64,000 nucleotides of DNA from Candidatus Poribacteria bacterium (GTDB taxonomy: Bacteria; Poribacteria; WGA-4E; PCPOR2b): the NCBI GenBank assembly GCA_965198175.1, contig OZ240245.1:1056001-1120000 (forward strand), written 5' to 3'. Below the pieces are notes generated by a model that ran no database searches, was not told the DNA's origin, and was given only the letters and a program-made list of their open reading frames with translations. Shown here piece after piece: positions 10,053 through 19,392 of this stretch (its first letter is position 1; the number at the start of each line of letters is the position of its first letter). Made by a program: the position numbers and the translations under genes.

Positions 10053-12094
10053 TTACTCAGACACCTTCCACAATAGTACCGTTCCATCCAGTGACCCCAA
10101 TGCGAGCTTTGAGCCATCGGGCGAGAACGCCACAGCGCGGACATTGCCGGTATGTCCTGGGAATGTAGCGATGTGTGTTCTCGTCAGAACATCCCACAAC
10201 TCTACCGTGTCATCCCACGACCCGGACGCTAGTTTTGTGCCATCCGCAGAAAATGCGACAGAGAAGCCCGGAGAATGCGCCCCGTCTGTGAGTGCTGGAA
10301 GCAGTTGCCCTGTCCCTACATCCCACAGCCTGACGCCATTCCATGACGCAGAGGCAAGTTTCGTCCCGTCCGGAGAAAATGCGACAGATTGGACAGAATC
10401 CCTGATGATCTCAGCTTCAACATCAGCGGCATTGTCCATCTGAACTTCGTTGATGTCCTCACGCGGACGGGGAGCGGGTAGCACTTCCACCGGGACTTGG
10501 GGGTTATTTATGCCTCCTAGTGTATACAGTGCTTTGCCAGTCGGGATCTCCCACAGACGAATTGACGTATCATCTGCCCCGGAAGCCAGTTTCGTTCCGT
10601 CGGGCGAAAACGCGACAGCGTTGATTGATTTCTCATGTCCTTGAAGTATGGCGATATTTTGTCCTGTTTTGACTGCCCACACTTTGATGGTTCTATCCTG
10701 TGACGCTGAAGCGAGCAACGTACCGTCGCGCGTGAGTACGCGACAGCGGTCACGAAGTCCGTGTGCCCTTGTAGGATAGTGAGATAGTGTCCCGTTTTTG
10801 CATGCCAAAAATTAACTGTATGCTCGGCATTCCTTGCATTTGCTGAACCCGTGGCAAGCGTCGTACCATTCGGGGAATATGCAAGGGAGGTGACAAAATT
10901 CGGAGGTCCTGCGAGTGTGGTGATATGTCGTCCGGTGGAAACCTCCCACATTTGGACTCCACTCATCGAATTTGAGGCGAGGGTCAACCCGTCAGGCGAG
11001 AAGGCAACAGAATTAACCACCCGTGTATGGACGGGTAAGGCGGTGAGATATTGCCCGGTCTCTACATCCCACAGCTTGACACCATCCCATGCTACTGAGG
11101 CAAGTTTCGTCCCGCCAGGCGAAAACGCAACAGAGAAAACATCAATTGAAAGCTCAAGTTTGCCGATATCGATGTGTTGCCGTGTGTAGAGATGCTGCCC
11201 AGTCGGTACTTCCAACAGTTTGATACCCTCCGCTGACGCCGCAGCGAGTTTTGTGCCGTCGGGTGAGAACACAACACACAAAGAGTTGCCATCACTCGGT
11301 TTCTCTGTAAATGTAGCGGTGTTTTGCCCCGTCTCTACATTCCACAGTTTGACTGTTCCATCGCTCGCGGACCCCGAAGCCAATATCCGTCCATCGGGTG
11401 AAAACGCGATCGATGAGATTCGTTCTACAGGCGGTGTAGGGGTGAGGGTGTTGAGGAGTTGTCCTGTTTCGACATCGTAAAACTTGACAACACCTGCCCG
11501 GATCCGCTTAACAACACTTATGCCTGTCCCTGCGAGAATCTTGCCATCAGGCGAAAACGCCACATCGAACAATCCGTTATCCTGAAGTATGTCGAGTTGT
11601 TGTTTTGTTTCCACATCCCACAGTCTATCTGCCCAAGCCAGTTTTGCGCTGTCGGGGGAGAACGCAACAGAGTCGACCGAACCGCTCTCTACTTGGAATG
11701 TAGCGATATTTTGTCCGGTCTCGACATCCCAGAGTTTGAGCGTTCCGGGCAAATTGAAGCCTGACCCTGAAGCCAGTTTTCTGCCATCAGGTGAGAACGC
11801 CACAGTAGTAACCTCTTCTTTGTGCCCTGTCAGCAGTGCAATTTCATTAAACGTCTCTGCATCGTAAAGCCAAACGCCGATGCTGGTCGCCACAGCTAGG
11901 CGGTTTCCATCGGGCGAAAACGCGATACCTCTGTCGCTGTAACTCACCCCACCCTTCCCCAAGCGGGCGATGGCGCCGTCAGGTAAATTGAGCTTTGAAT
12001 AATCTTGAATTTGGGAGACAGAAACTGGGGTGAAACTAGACAAGGTAAAGCCGATTAATAGGATAAGTGCGAAACGAAATGTTTGGAATTTCAA
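10053..12094 (-). pseudogene. secreted WD40-repeat protein split by a frameshift near 10727-10732
   Basis: ORFs 10517..12094 and 10053..10808 join at 'TAVAYS|RDGTLLAS'; the coding strand reads TCA CGC GCG ACG where TCA CGC GAC restores the frame (extra CG); 'LPDGAIARLGKG' N-motif; many AFSPDG..LASG repeats. Could be an assembly error. Confidence 0.8.
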
Positions 12095-12100
12095 ACTAAA

Positions 12101-13342
12101 TCACTTCTCCTTGGCCTGCGTTTTAGCGGGTGGATTATCCCGTTCAATGATAGCCAGTCTGGTAGATTGCCATTCCTGGTTTCGAGGGCCAACATCGGAC
12201 CAATCCGATACTCCGTCCATGCGGACATAGTCCTCATCGCCCGCGCCCGCGTCCATCGGTTCAAAGGGCGCCCAGTTGGTGTAGGTGACCGGCTCACCGC
12301 TCGTCCATTTCCATTCGCCCTCCTTCTCAAAATCGGTCAGCCCGATCCAATAGGGACTCATGGCAAAGGTCATCGCGACCCACTTCTGTTCCGCGGCATC
12401 GTTTATAGCGACCAAGTATGCATCTTCGGCAACCGCTTGGGTGTTCGCATCGTCCCAACTTTCGCAGCGGATGCTCTTGTAAGCGTGTCCATTTGCCGGA
12501 TTCACGACCCACACTCCGGCGCCGAGCGGTAACGGAGATGTTGACACAGATGCCGGGGGCGGGTGCGCTACCCCCTCTTCCGGGGTGACATCTGGCATTA
12601 TCGGATGGCTCGCTAACATGAAGACCAAATCATCTTTTGTTTCACCCTCTTGAAGTTGGAACGGTGCTGCCGTTACCGATAGTCCCTTAAAGTTAACCGT
12701 TACCGTGTAGATTCCGGGCGACCTTACAGTTTCCACAAAGTAACCTACGTCGTCTGTCATGGGCGCTGAACCAGTGCTGCCGGTATTCATCCCATCTGGG
12801 GAGCGGTAGTGTGTTTCAACCTGAACCCTTGCGTTGGCAAGCGGCGACCCGTTGGTGAAGACGACTTTTCCCCGTATTCGCGCGTGGGGCTTCACCTTGA
12901 TTTCAACGTCCGAGATGTGTGTCATTGGTTTAATGGATAAACTGATTCCGCCGTCTAATTGATGGCGATGGACAGTCACCGCCCCAATTTTGATGGATTG
13001 GATTTCACTGTCGTGCTCAAAGTACTGACCCATGTTAGACTCGGCTTGGGTGGTGCCTCCGATCCGAATCGGGATCGGATCGATACCGGTGATAGAGAAA
13101 CGTCCCGCATCGTCGGTCCGCGCGACCAAGTCAGGTGCTATCAGCTGTTTTACGCCATCAACGACTTCATAGGATTGAACACCTACCGTAAACCCGGCAA
13201 CCGGATTCCCCTCCATATCAATAACGCGCCCCGATAATGTACAGGTAGTCTCTTGAGCGGCGATGGGAGATGCCGCAATTTGCAAGAATACAACAATTGT
13301 AGCAAGAAGTGTAAAATTTTGTCTGCGAAAGTAAAGAGTCAT
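12101..13342 (-). CDS. secreted protein: two carboxypeptidase-regulatory-like (Ig) domains + C-type lectin domain
   Basis: Signal peptide; 'LSGRVID..GNPVAG', 'TDDAGRFSI'; CLec 'NGHAY..SWDDA..LVAIND..EQ..YWIGLTD..EGEWKW..YTNW'. Confidence 0.85.
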   Translation of the reverse strand: MTLYFRRQNFTLLATIVVFLQIAASPIAAQETTCTLSGRVIDMEGNPVAGFTVGVQSYEVVDGVKQLIAPDLVARTDDAGRFSITGIDPIPIRIGGTTQAESNMGQYFEHDSEIQSIKIGAVTVHRHQLDGGISLSIKPMTHISDVEIKVKPHARIRGKVVFTNGSPLANARVQVETHYRSPDGMNTGSTGSAPMTDDVGYFVETVRSPGIYTVTVNFKGLSVTAAPFQLQEGETKDDLVFMLASHPIMPDVTPEEGVAHPPPASVSTSPLPLGAGVWVVNPANGHAYKSIRCESWDDANTQAVAEDAYLVAINDAAEQKWVAMTFAMSPYWIGLTDFEKEGEWKWTSGEPVTYTNWAPFEPMDAGAGDEDYVRMDGVSDWSDVGPRNQEWQSTRLAIIERDNPPAKTQAKEK

Positions 13343-13408
13343 GGTAAAACCTCCTTTTGAGTAGCTCTGAAATATAAAGATAGCCTAAATGAAGTGGTCA
13401 GAACTCGG

Positions 13409-14680
13409 TTAATTGTCCTCTACGGGTGACTTGCCGGGCAAACTTCCCTTTTCGAGAATCGCCATGCCGGAACTCTCCCAATCCGGTCCTTCTGTGCCAA
13501 CGTTATACCAGTTCCCGCCTTGAAAACGTGACATGAAGGCGTAATCTGCTTCGTTATTGCCGGTTGTCTTCGGTTCGCCGGGCGCCCAGTTGGTGTATGT
13601 GACCGCTTCGCCGCTTGTCCATCGCCACACGCCTTCCGATTCCGCGTCAGTCAGCCCAATCCAATAGGGGCCAGAGCCAAAGGTTCCCATGAGCCACTGT
13701 TGTTCCACGGCGTCGTTAATTGAGACCAGATGTGCATCTTCGGCGACAGCTTTCGCTTGTGCGTCATCCCAACTCCTGCAGCGGATGCTCTTGTAACTGT
13801 GACCGTTTTCCGGGTTTACCACCCACTCCGTTATGTCGTCCCATTTCGCCTTATTGGGCGTTGAATCGATGGGAATCGGTTCGTTGTCCAGCATCAAAAC
13901 CAGATCATCGCGTCGTTGTTTAGCTTCAAGCAAAAACCGTTCCGAGATTACCGAAAGTCCTTGAAATTCGACCGCAACCGTGTAGTACCCGGGCTCATTC
14001 ACATATTTCATAAAGTAGCCCGCATAGTCTGTCTGAGCATCGCTGCGCGAACTACCCGTGCCTGATCCGTCGAAATCTTGTCGTCGAACCTCAAGCCGAA
14101 CCTGTGCGTTGGCAAGGGGTGTCCCGTCGGCATAGACGATTTGCCCTCGAATTCGCATTCGAGGTCGTATCGTAATTTCGACATTTTCGAGGTGCACTTC
14201 GGGATCGATGGAAAACGTCAGTTCACCAAATGGCAGCTCGCTTAACCGATAAGGATAGAGGGTTACCGCTCCGATTTGGATAGAAAGAACGTCAGCATCC
14301 GAGATAAGATTGTTGAAGTCAGGCGGCAGTGTTCCATCGTCGGGAAGATGCCCAGCCGGTGCAACGAATACAATGGGACCTGGTCTGATACCTGCGACGG
14401 AAAACTGCCCCTCCGCGTCGGTTTTCGATTTAATCAGAGGGATATACGACTCTGGCATGAAATCCTTTAGGAGGGACGCCGGTACCAGCTCGCCGTAGAT
14501 GTTTGTAAAAGGTACTACAGCTATGGGGAGTTCTGGAATTGGATTGCCATTGACGTCAACCACGTGACCGGATAGCGTACATGCGGCGTCCTGAGCGATG
14601 CCGAGTGGCGATGAAAGGAGCGAAAGTGCTACAAGTGCGGAGAGAGTTTTCAGGTTAGGTCTGCCGTATGAAAGGTTCAT
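13409..14680 (-). CDS. secreted protein: carboxypeptidase-regulatory-like domains + C-type lectin domain (paralog of 12101..13342)
   Basis: Start moved to ATG 14680 (RBS AAGGAGG); same architecture, 'NPENGHSY...YWIGLTDAESEGVWRW...YTNWAPGEP'. Confidence 0.85.
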   Translation of the reverse strand: MNLSYGRPNLKTLSALVALSLLSSPLGIAQDAACTLSGHVVDVNGNPIPELPIAVVPFTNIYGELVPASLLKDFMPESYIPLIKSKTDAEGQFSVAGIRPGPIVFVAPAGHLPDDGTLPPDFNNLISDADVLSIQIGAVTLYPYRLSELPFGELTFSIDPEVHLENVEITIRPRMRIRGQIVYADGTPLANAQVRLEVRRQDFDGSGTGSSRSDAQTDYAGYFMKYVNEPGYYTVAVEFQGLSVISERFLLEAKQRRDDLVLMLDNEPIPIDSTPNKAKWDDITEWVVNPENGHSYKSIRCRSWDDAQAKAVAEDAHLVSINDAVEQQWLMGTFGSGPYWIGLTDAESEGVWRWTSGEAVTYTNWAPGEPKTTGNNEADYAFMSRFQGGNWYNVGTEGPDWESSGMAILEKGSLPGKSPVEDN

Positions 14681-14891
14681 CGTCTTGCCTCCTTCTGTGT
14701 CTATCATTCGTCAGTTGATACGGATTGGTTTGCGCTTTTCTTAATTGTTTCCTCCATAGCGCAAGGCGTTGAGCCTGTGAAAGACGACACCGTGCGGGTT
14801 TTGAATCATCGTCATTGCGCTATTTTGCGCTGTGAGAACCGGACACGGCGGGGGCGAATACGGATACTCTAATGTTCTTTTGATAAGTAGT

Positions 14892-15275
14892 GTAGGTTGG
14901 GTTGAAAGGTTATTTGTGTATGAGCTTCGCTTTTAATCCATTTCACCTTTCAAAAACTCAATTTTTCCGGACTGAGATCTAGCAGTGGAGCGGGTTCGCG
15001 CGGTGCGAAAATTTACGTAAATGGATTAAGTAATGAAACGCGATATATTTTAATCCTGTCGTGGAGCGGTTCCGGGCGATTTGGATTAGTACGGCAATCC
15101 ATTTTTAATCCATTTCTAGCGTGCGTCATTGTAAGATTGTGAATCCTCCGCTCCAGAATTAGCCGTCAAAAAACATAAACTACAGCCTTTTGTGAACCTT
15201 CGAAGCGGTGTCAGGATTCAGTGGAACCTTTATCGCGCTTCCTATTCGGTCGCTTGATCGTTCAACCCAACCTAC
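14892..15275. mobile_element. non-coding MITE/REP-like element with 15-bp perfect terminal inverted repeats
   Basis: GTAGGTTGGGTTGAA (14892-14906) ... TTCAACCCAACCTAC (15261-15275); internal repeated TTTTAATCC and GTGGAGCGG motifs; no long ORF. Confidence 0.65.
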
Positions 15276-15301
15276 TTTTTCTGACACTTTTCAAAATGGA
15301 T

Positions 15302-17296
15302 TCAGTCGTCAATTAACTCAGACACCTTCCACAGTAGTGCCGTTCCATCGCGCGATCCCGACGCAAGGGTGTTGCCATCTGGAGTAAAAGCAACAGAGAA
15401 AACCGCCTCTCCATGCCCGTGTCGGGTAGCAATATTTCGTTCTGTTTCGACATCCCATAGTTCGATTTTCCCACTTGTTCCAATAGCTAGCATCTTGCTG
15501 TCTGGTGAAAACGCAAAGGTGCCCGTACCACCTCGTTCTTTTCGTAACGTTGCGATGTTTTTGCCCGTCGAAATTTCCCAAAGTTTGATGCCATCAAACG
15601 ACCCCGAAGCAAGGGTTGTCCTATCGGGCGAGAATGCGACACCGAAACTGTAAGATTCTTGTAGCGTTGAGACATTTTTCCACGTTTCGGTATCCCACAG
15701 TTTTAAGCCATCATTTGACCCTACAGCGAGTGTTGTACTGTCGGGCGAAAACGAGACATAGATGCCTCTCTCGGTTTGTGCTTCCAATGTTTTGAGACTT
15801 CGGCGCGTCAAGACATCCCACACTTTGGGCGGAACAGCCCACAGTTTGACCATTCCATGCGGCGACTCCTCAGTTCCTCTTAAAGCCCCTCTTGATCCCA
15901 CAGCAAGTTTCGTGCCGTCGGGTGAGTATGCTAGGGATTCGACCTCACCGCTATGTCCACGTAGCATCGCTACTCTTCGCCCACTCTTAACATCCGCGAG
16001 CTTGACCGTTCCATCGTATTTGCCCAATGCGAGTGTGTTGCCATCTGGCGAGTATGCCATGGACCAGACATTTTCCTTAGACAGTGTAGAGATATGTTGT
16101 CCCGTCATTACCTCCCAGAACTTTACCGTGCTATTCCCCAGCGCCATCGCAAAAGTGCTCCCATTCGGCGAAAACGCCACCGCGTAATTTGTCCCTGTAT
16201 GCCCTTGAAACGTGGCGATATTTTCCCCTGTAGAGACGTCCCAGAACTTGACCGTTCCATCCGTTCCGCCGAAGCGATCTGTGTTCGCCACGGCGACTAT
16301 CTTGCTGTCCGGTGAAAATGTGACGGCACCGGGTCTACCCTCATACTTGAATGTTGTGATATTTCTTTTCGTTATAACGTCCCATAGTTTGACGGCATTC
16401 CATGACCCTGAGACGAGTGTGGTACCGTCGGGTGAGTAAATCACATCTTTGACATGATTGGTATGCTCAAGAGTAGTTACATTTTTCTTCGTCGAGATGT
16501 TCCACAATCTGACGCTCTTACTAGCTGCCGCGGCAAGTGTCTCGCCATTCGGCGAAAAGGCTACGGAAGATACGTTACTAGCATGTTGAAACGTGGCGAA
16601 AGTTTCTCCGGTTGCTACCTCCCACAGTTTAACGGTGTCGTCCTCCGCCCCCGAAGCAAGGGTTGCTCCGTCCGGCGAAAATGCCACAGAGAAGATTCGA
16701 TGCTTATGCCCATTCAACGTCGCAAGATGTGCCCGCGTTTGAACGTCCCAGAGTTTAATTTCCTCCCATGCCCCCGAAGCGAGGGTTTTCCCATCGGGCG
16801 AAAACGCCAGGGCGTCAACCGCCCCCGTAGTCCCCCCAAGCCCATGCCTAATGCTTGTAGAGAAGTGTTGTCCGGTTTCGACCGCCCAGAGTTGAATCGT
16901 TCCGTCCCCTGACCCCGAAGCGAGTATCTTCCCGTCCGGCGAGTACGCCACAGATCTGGCTAGAGTTGCATGCTCGCTAGTGAGTAACGTGAGTTCACGT
17001 CCTGTTTCTACTTCGTAGATCCAGATACCGATACCGCTCGTGACTGCGAGATGTTTTCCGTCGGGCGAAAAGGCAATTGCTCTGTCCGAACCGCCCATGA
17101 CACCCTTTCCCAAACGGACGAAGGCGCCATCAGGTAATTCCCACGTCTGGCTATTTTGATGGTTAGCGGCTTTAGCATCGTGCGCAATGGAAACCGGTTG
17201 GCGCAGCAGCCCTGTCTCAATGAAAAAACAGATTAGTATGGAAAGGCATGTCCACAATCGTGGTTTAGGGGGGAAACAAAAAAATTGTGCGTTCAT
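15302..17296 (-). CDS. secreted WD40-repeat protein (probably two propellers)
   Basis: 'WELPDGAFVRLGKG' N-motif; many (A/Y)SPDG..LA.G...VKLW repeats. Confidence 0.9.
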   Translation of the reverse strand: MNAQFFCFPPKPRLWTCLSILICFFIETGLLRQPVSIAHDAKAANHQNSQTWELPDGAFVRLGKGVMGGSDRAIAFSPDGKHLAVTSGIGIWIYEVETGRELTLLTSEHATLARSVAYSPDGKILASGSGDGTIQLWAVETGQHFSTSIRHGLGGTTGAVDALAFSPDGKTLASGAWEEIKLWDVQTRAHLATLNGHKHRIFSVAFSPDGATLASGAEDDTVKLWEVATGETFATFQHASNVSSVAFSPNGETLAAAASKSVRLWNISTKKNVTTLEHTNHVKDVIYSPDGTTLVSGSWNAVKLWDVITKRNITTFKYEGRPGAVTFSPDSKIVAVANTDRFGGTDGTVKFWDVSTGENIATFQGHTGTNYAVAFSPNGSTFAMALGNSTVKFWEVMTGQHISTLSKENVWSMAYSPDGNTLALGKYDGTVKLADVKSGRRVAMLRGHSGEVESLAYSPDGTKLAVGSRGALRGTEESPHGMVKLWAVPPKVWDVLTRRSLKTLEAQTERGIYVSFSPDSTTLAVGSNDGLKLWDTETWKNVSTLQESYSFGVAFSPDRTTLASGSFDGIKLWEISTGKNIATLRKERGGTGTFAFSPDSKMLAIGTSGKIELWDVETERNIATRHGHGEAVFSVAFTPDGNTLASGSRDGTALLWKVSELIDD

Positions 17297-17523
17297 GGGT
17301 TCGTCCTCCCCCGCCCGTAATAACAGGCGTGCCAGAGTACGTTTTTAGGATAACTTTGGTTCAATAGAATAGAATCGGGTTCCAAGCCTATCTTTAGCGC
17401 CTAGCAGTAAAGCCATATTATACTTTATTCTCCACAATAAGGCAAAATCATTTGCCAGTCGGTAAGGGTTTCGGTTAGGTCAATCGAGCCACGCACATTT
17501 AGGATGTCTGGTTGACTGCGCCA

Positions 17524-17640
17524 TCAATCGGGAAAATGTAAAAGCGGTACGACAAGTCCTACGAAACGGAGGCTGCCAGTGACTGACACGGCTGCCTCAA
17601 TGGTCGATACGACGCACACTGAGCTTGGGAGCGAACCAAA
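17524..17640 (-). pseudogene. remnant of a FecCD/HmuU/BtuC-type ABC permease
   Basis: Reads 'AAVSVTGSLRFVGLVVP', resembling the G.I.FVGL.VPH permease signature, then decays with indels and a stop. Confidence 0.5.
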
Positions 17641-17758
17641 AAGGATAAGGAGGGTTTTTATTCCATTTTGCACGGATTGCTGCCAGTTGATTTTTGTTCG
17701 GTCATGTGTTACACTAGCGCTCGAAACCAGAAACTGATTCAATTTAGTGAAGGTAATC

Positions 17759-18295
17759 ATGTCATCCGTCACCCTACAATCATACCTAACGCCAATTAGT
17801 CTCATACTCGCGCTTCTTATCGCATCTTCGTGCGGCTTTGAAGGTATATTTCAGCCGGTTAGCGAAACGCAAGAAGACGAGATAAAGACGACGTTGAAAG
17901 GTCGGTCGTTCCGTCAATTTGATCCTGACAAAGACGCTAGTCCGCGCAAAGGGGTTATTCTGGATTTCTTTGACGGAATTAATCTCTGGGCGCAATATGC
18001 CGAGGGCGATCACGCAATCAACGAGTGGGAGGTTTTCGCAGCAGATTATCGCGTTGAACAAGCAGGGAATGGTTCAGAGATCAGAATCTATTTCAACGAA
18101 CCGAGTTCGGAGAAATTACTGCCGACTCAGTGTGAAAATTGTATTGAAACGTCAGGAATCTCTATTTCGGTTAGGAATGTTTTCGATAGCGAAAAGATAT
18201 CGTTCAAACTGAATGACCCTGATAAGAGTTTGCCATCACCGTTTCCTGTGTTTAAGTCGTGGACAAAATTTAGGGAGGATGAATATTTCGATTAA
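17759..18295 (+). CDS. hypothetical lipoprotein
   Basis: Lipobox-like LLIASSC; RBS GAAGG before ATG 17759; protein-like composition. Confidence 0.7.
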   Translation: MSSVTLQSYLTPISLILALLIASSCGFEGIFQPVSETQEDEIKTTLKGRSFRQFDPDKDASPRKGVILDFFDGINLWAQYAEGDHAINEWEVFAADYRVEQAGNGSEIRIYFNEPSSEKLLPTQCENCIETSGISISVRNVFDSEKISFKLNDPDKSLPSPFPVFKSWTKFREDEYFD

Positions 18296-18527
18296 ATTGT
18301 CCAGCCTTCGCCTGACACGTACCGGGGCGGCGATCGAAAGCGAGAATCTGAATGGTTGGATTTACTTGTCTTCTTTACTGAGTTGATGCGGCACACATTA
18401 AGAGCCAAATGTTCGCATCTGTTGACGTACTTAAAGAAACACATCCCCAGCATGAGATTGGAGATTGCCTTTCCCAGCTTTGGATTTTTTCAATCCGAAT
18501 AGAGTAAACAAAATCCATCAACACACC

Positions 18528-18884
18528 CTAGTGTACCCTGAACGCTCCACCGTGCGGTTCTTCCACAAGGTCAGGACGAGCCGTATCGAGAAATACCTCG
18601 TGAAGTTCCAATTTGTTCGACTGCGTGAACGCCTCTTTGGGCAATGTTCCAGATTGGGCGTGTCCCTTCCGGAATTCATCCGATTCGACCCAGTTTTCAA
18701 AGTCCTTCCGCGATTCCCAAAGAGTAAACACGACGTAAGGGTCGTCTTCATTGACAGGACGCAACACTTGGTTTGAGATGAAGCCGGGCATGCCGTCAAC
18801 AAGGCGAGCACGACTATGAAAACGCGCCTCAAAGGCTTCTTGATATTCGGGTGCAACGTAAATTCGATTCGCGACAGTTATCAC
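18528..18884 (-). CDS. ABM-family monooxygenase, likely haem-degrading (IsdG/HmoA-like)
   Basis: 'MITVANRI.V.....AFEARF..R..LVD.MPGF...VLRP...YVV.T.WES..DFE.W..SDEF..GH'. Confidence 0.85.
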   Translation of the reverse strand: MITVANRIYVAPEYQEAFEARFHSRARLVDGMPGFISNQVLRPVNEDDPYVVFTLWESRKDFENWVESDEFRKGHAQSGTLPKEAFTQSNKLELHEVFLDTARPDLVEEPHGGAFRVH

Positions 18885-19300
18885 TGCTTTGACCTCCGTT
18901 CTGCCTTCGTATGATAGACTCGAATGGGGTTATGTTGAGTGGGCTGGCTCGGTGAATTGATATCAACAAAAATATGCTCCCCGTCAACCTTCACGGGATA
19001 GGTCGCAATTTCACATTTCCCTGGCCAGATGCACTTGCCTGTCTTAACGTCAAACTGCCATTGATGAATTGGACAGACGACAACCCCGTCCTTTAACTGA
19101 CCTGAGTGTAAAATCCCGCCAACATGAGGACAGATGTTATCCACCGCAAAATACTGTCCATCGACGTTGTGGATGCCGATGAAATGTCCCTCTAACTTCG
19201 TGTCGATGCAGCTTCCGGGACTAATTTCGCCCGTCTTGGCTGCTATGATGAATCGAGGGGTCCGCGGATTATGTTGAATCTCTTGAACTTGTAACGTCAT
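18881..19300 (-). CDS. Rieske [2Fe-2S] ferredoxin
   Basis: CPH...CPIH Rieske ligands; ATG 19300 after RBS GAGGAG; stop overlaps the next start (GTGA). Confidence 0.88.
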   Translation of the reverse strand: MTLQVQEIQHNPRTPRFIIAAKTGEISPGSCIDTKLEGHFIGIHNVDGQYFAVDNICPHVGGILHSGQLKDGVVVCPIHQWQFDVKTGKCIWPGKCEIATYPVKVDGEHIFVDINSPSQPTQHNPIRVYHTKAERRSKQ

Positions 19301-19392
19301 ATTACTCCTCGGATTTTGTTGACATAAACAACGTGCTTCCAAAATATTTAAGGCTAATGTCGAAAGCCTAGAAGGATGAGTGGACCTCATTT

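Noticed and set aside
12101..14680. Diversity-generating retroelement (C-type lectin targets)
   Set aside because: No reverse transcriptase, no non-coding template repeat, and paralog differences are not adenine-specific
14892..15275. CRISPR array
   Set aside because: Repeats are short, irregular and inverted, with no regular repeat-spacer period and no cas genes
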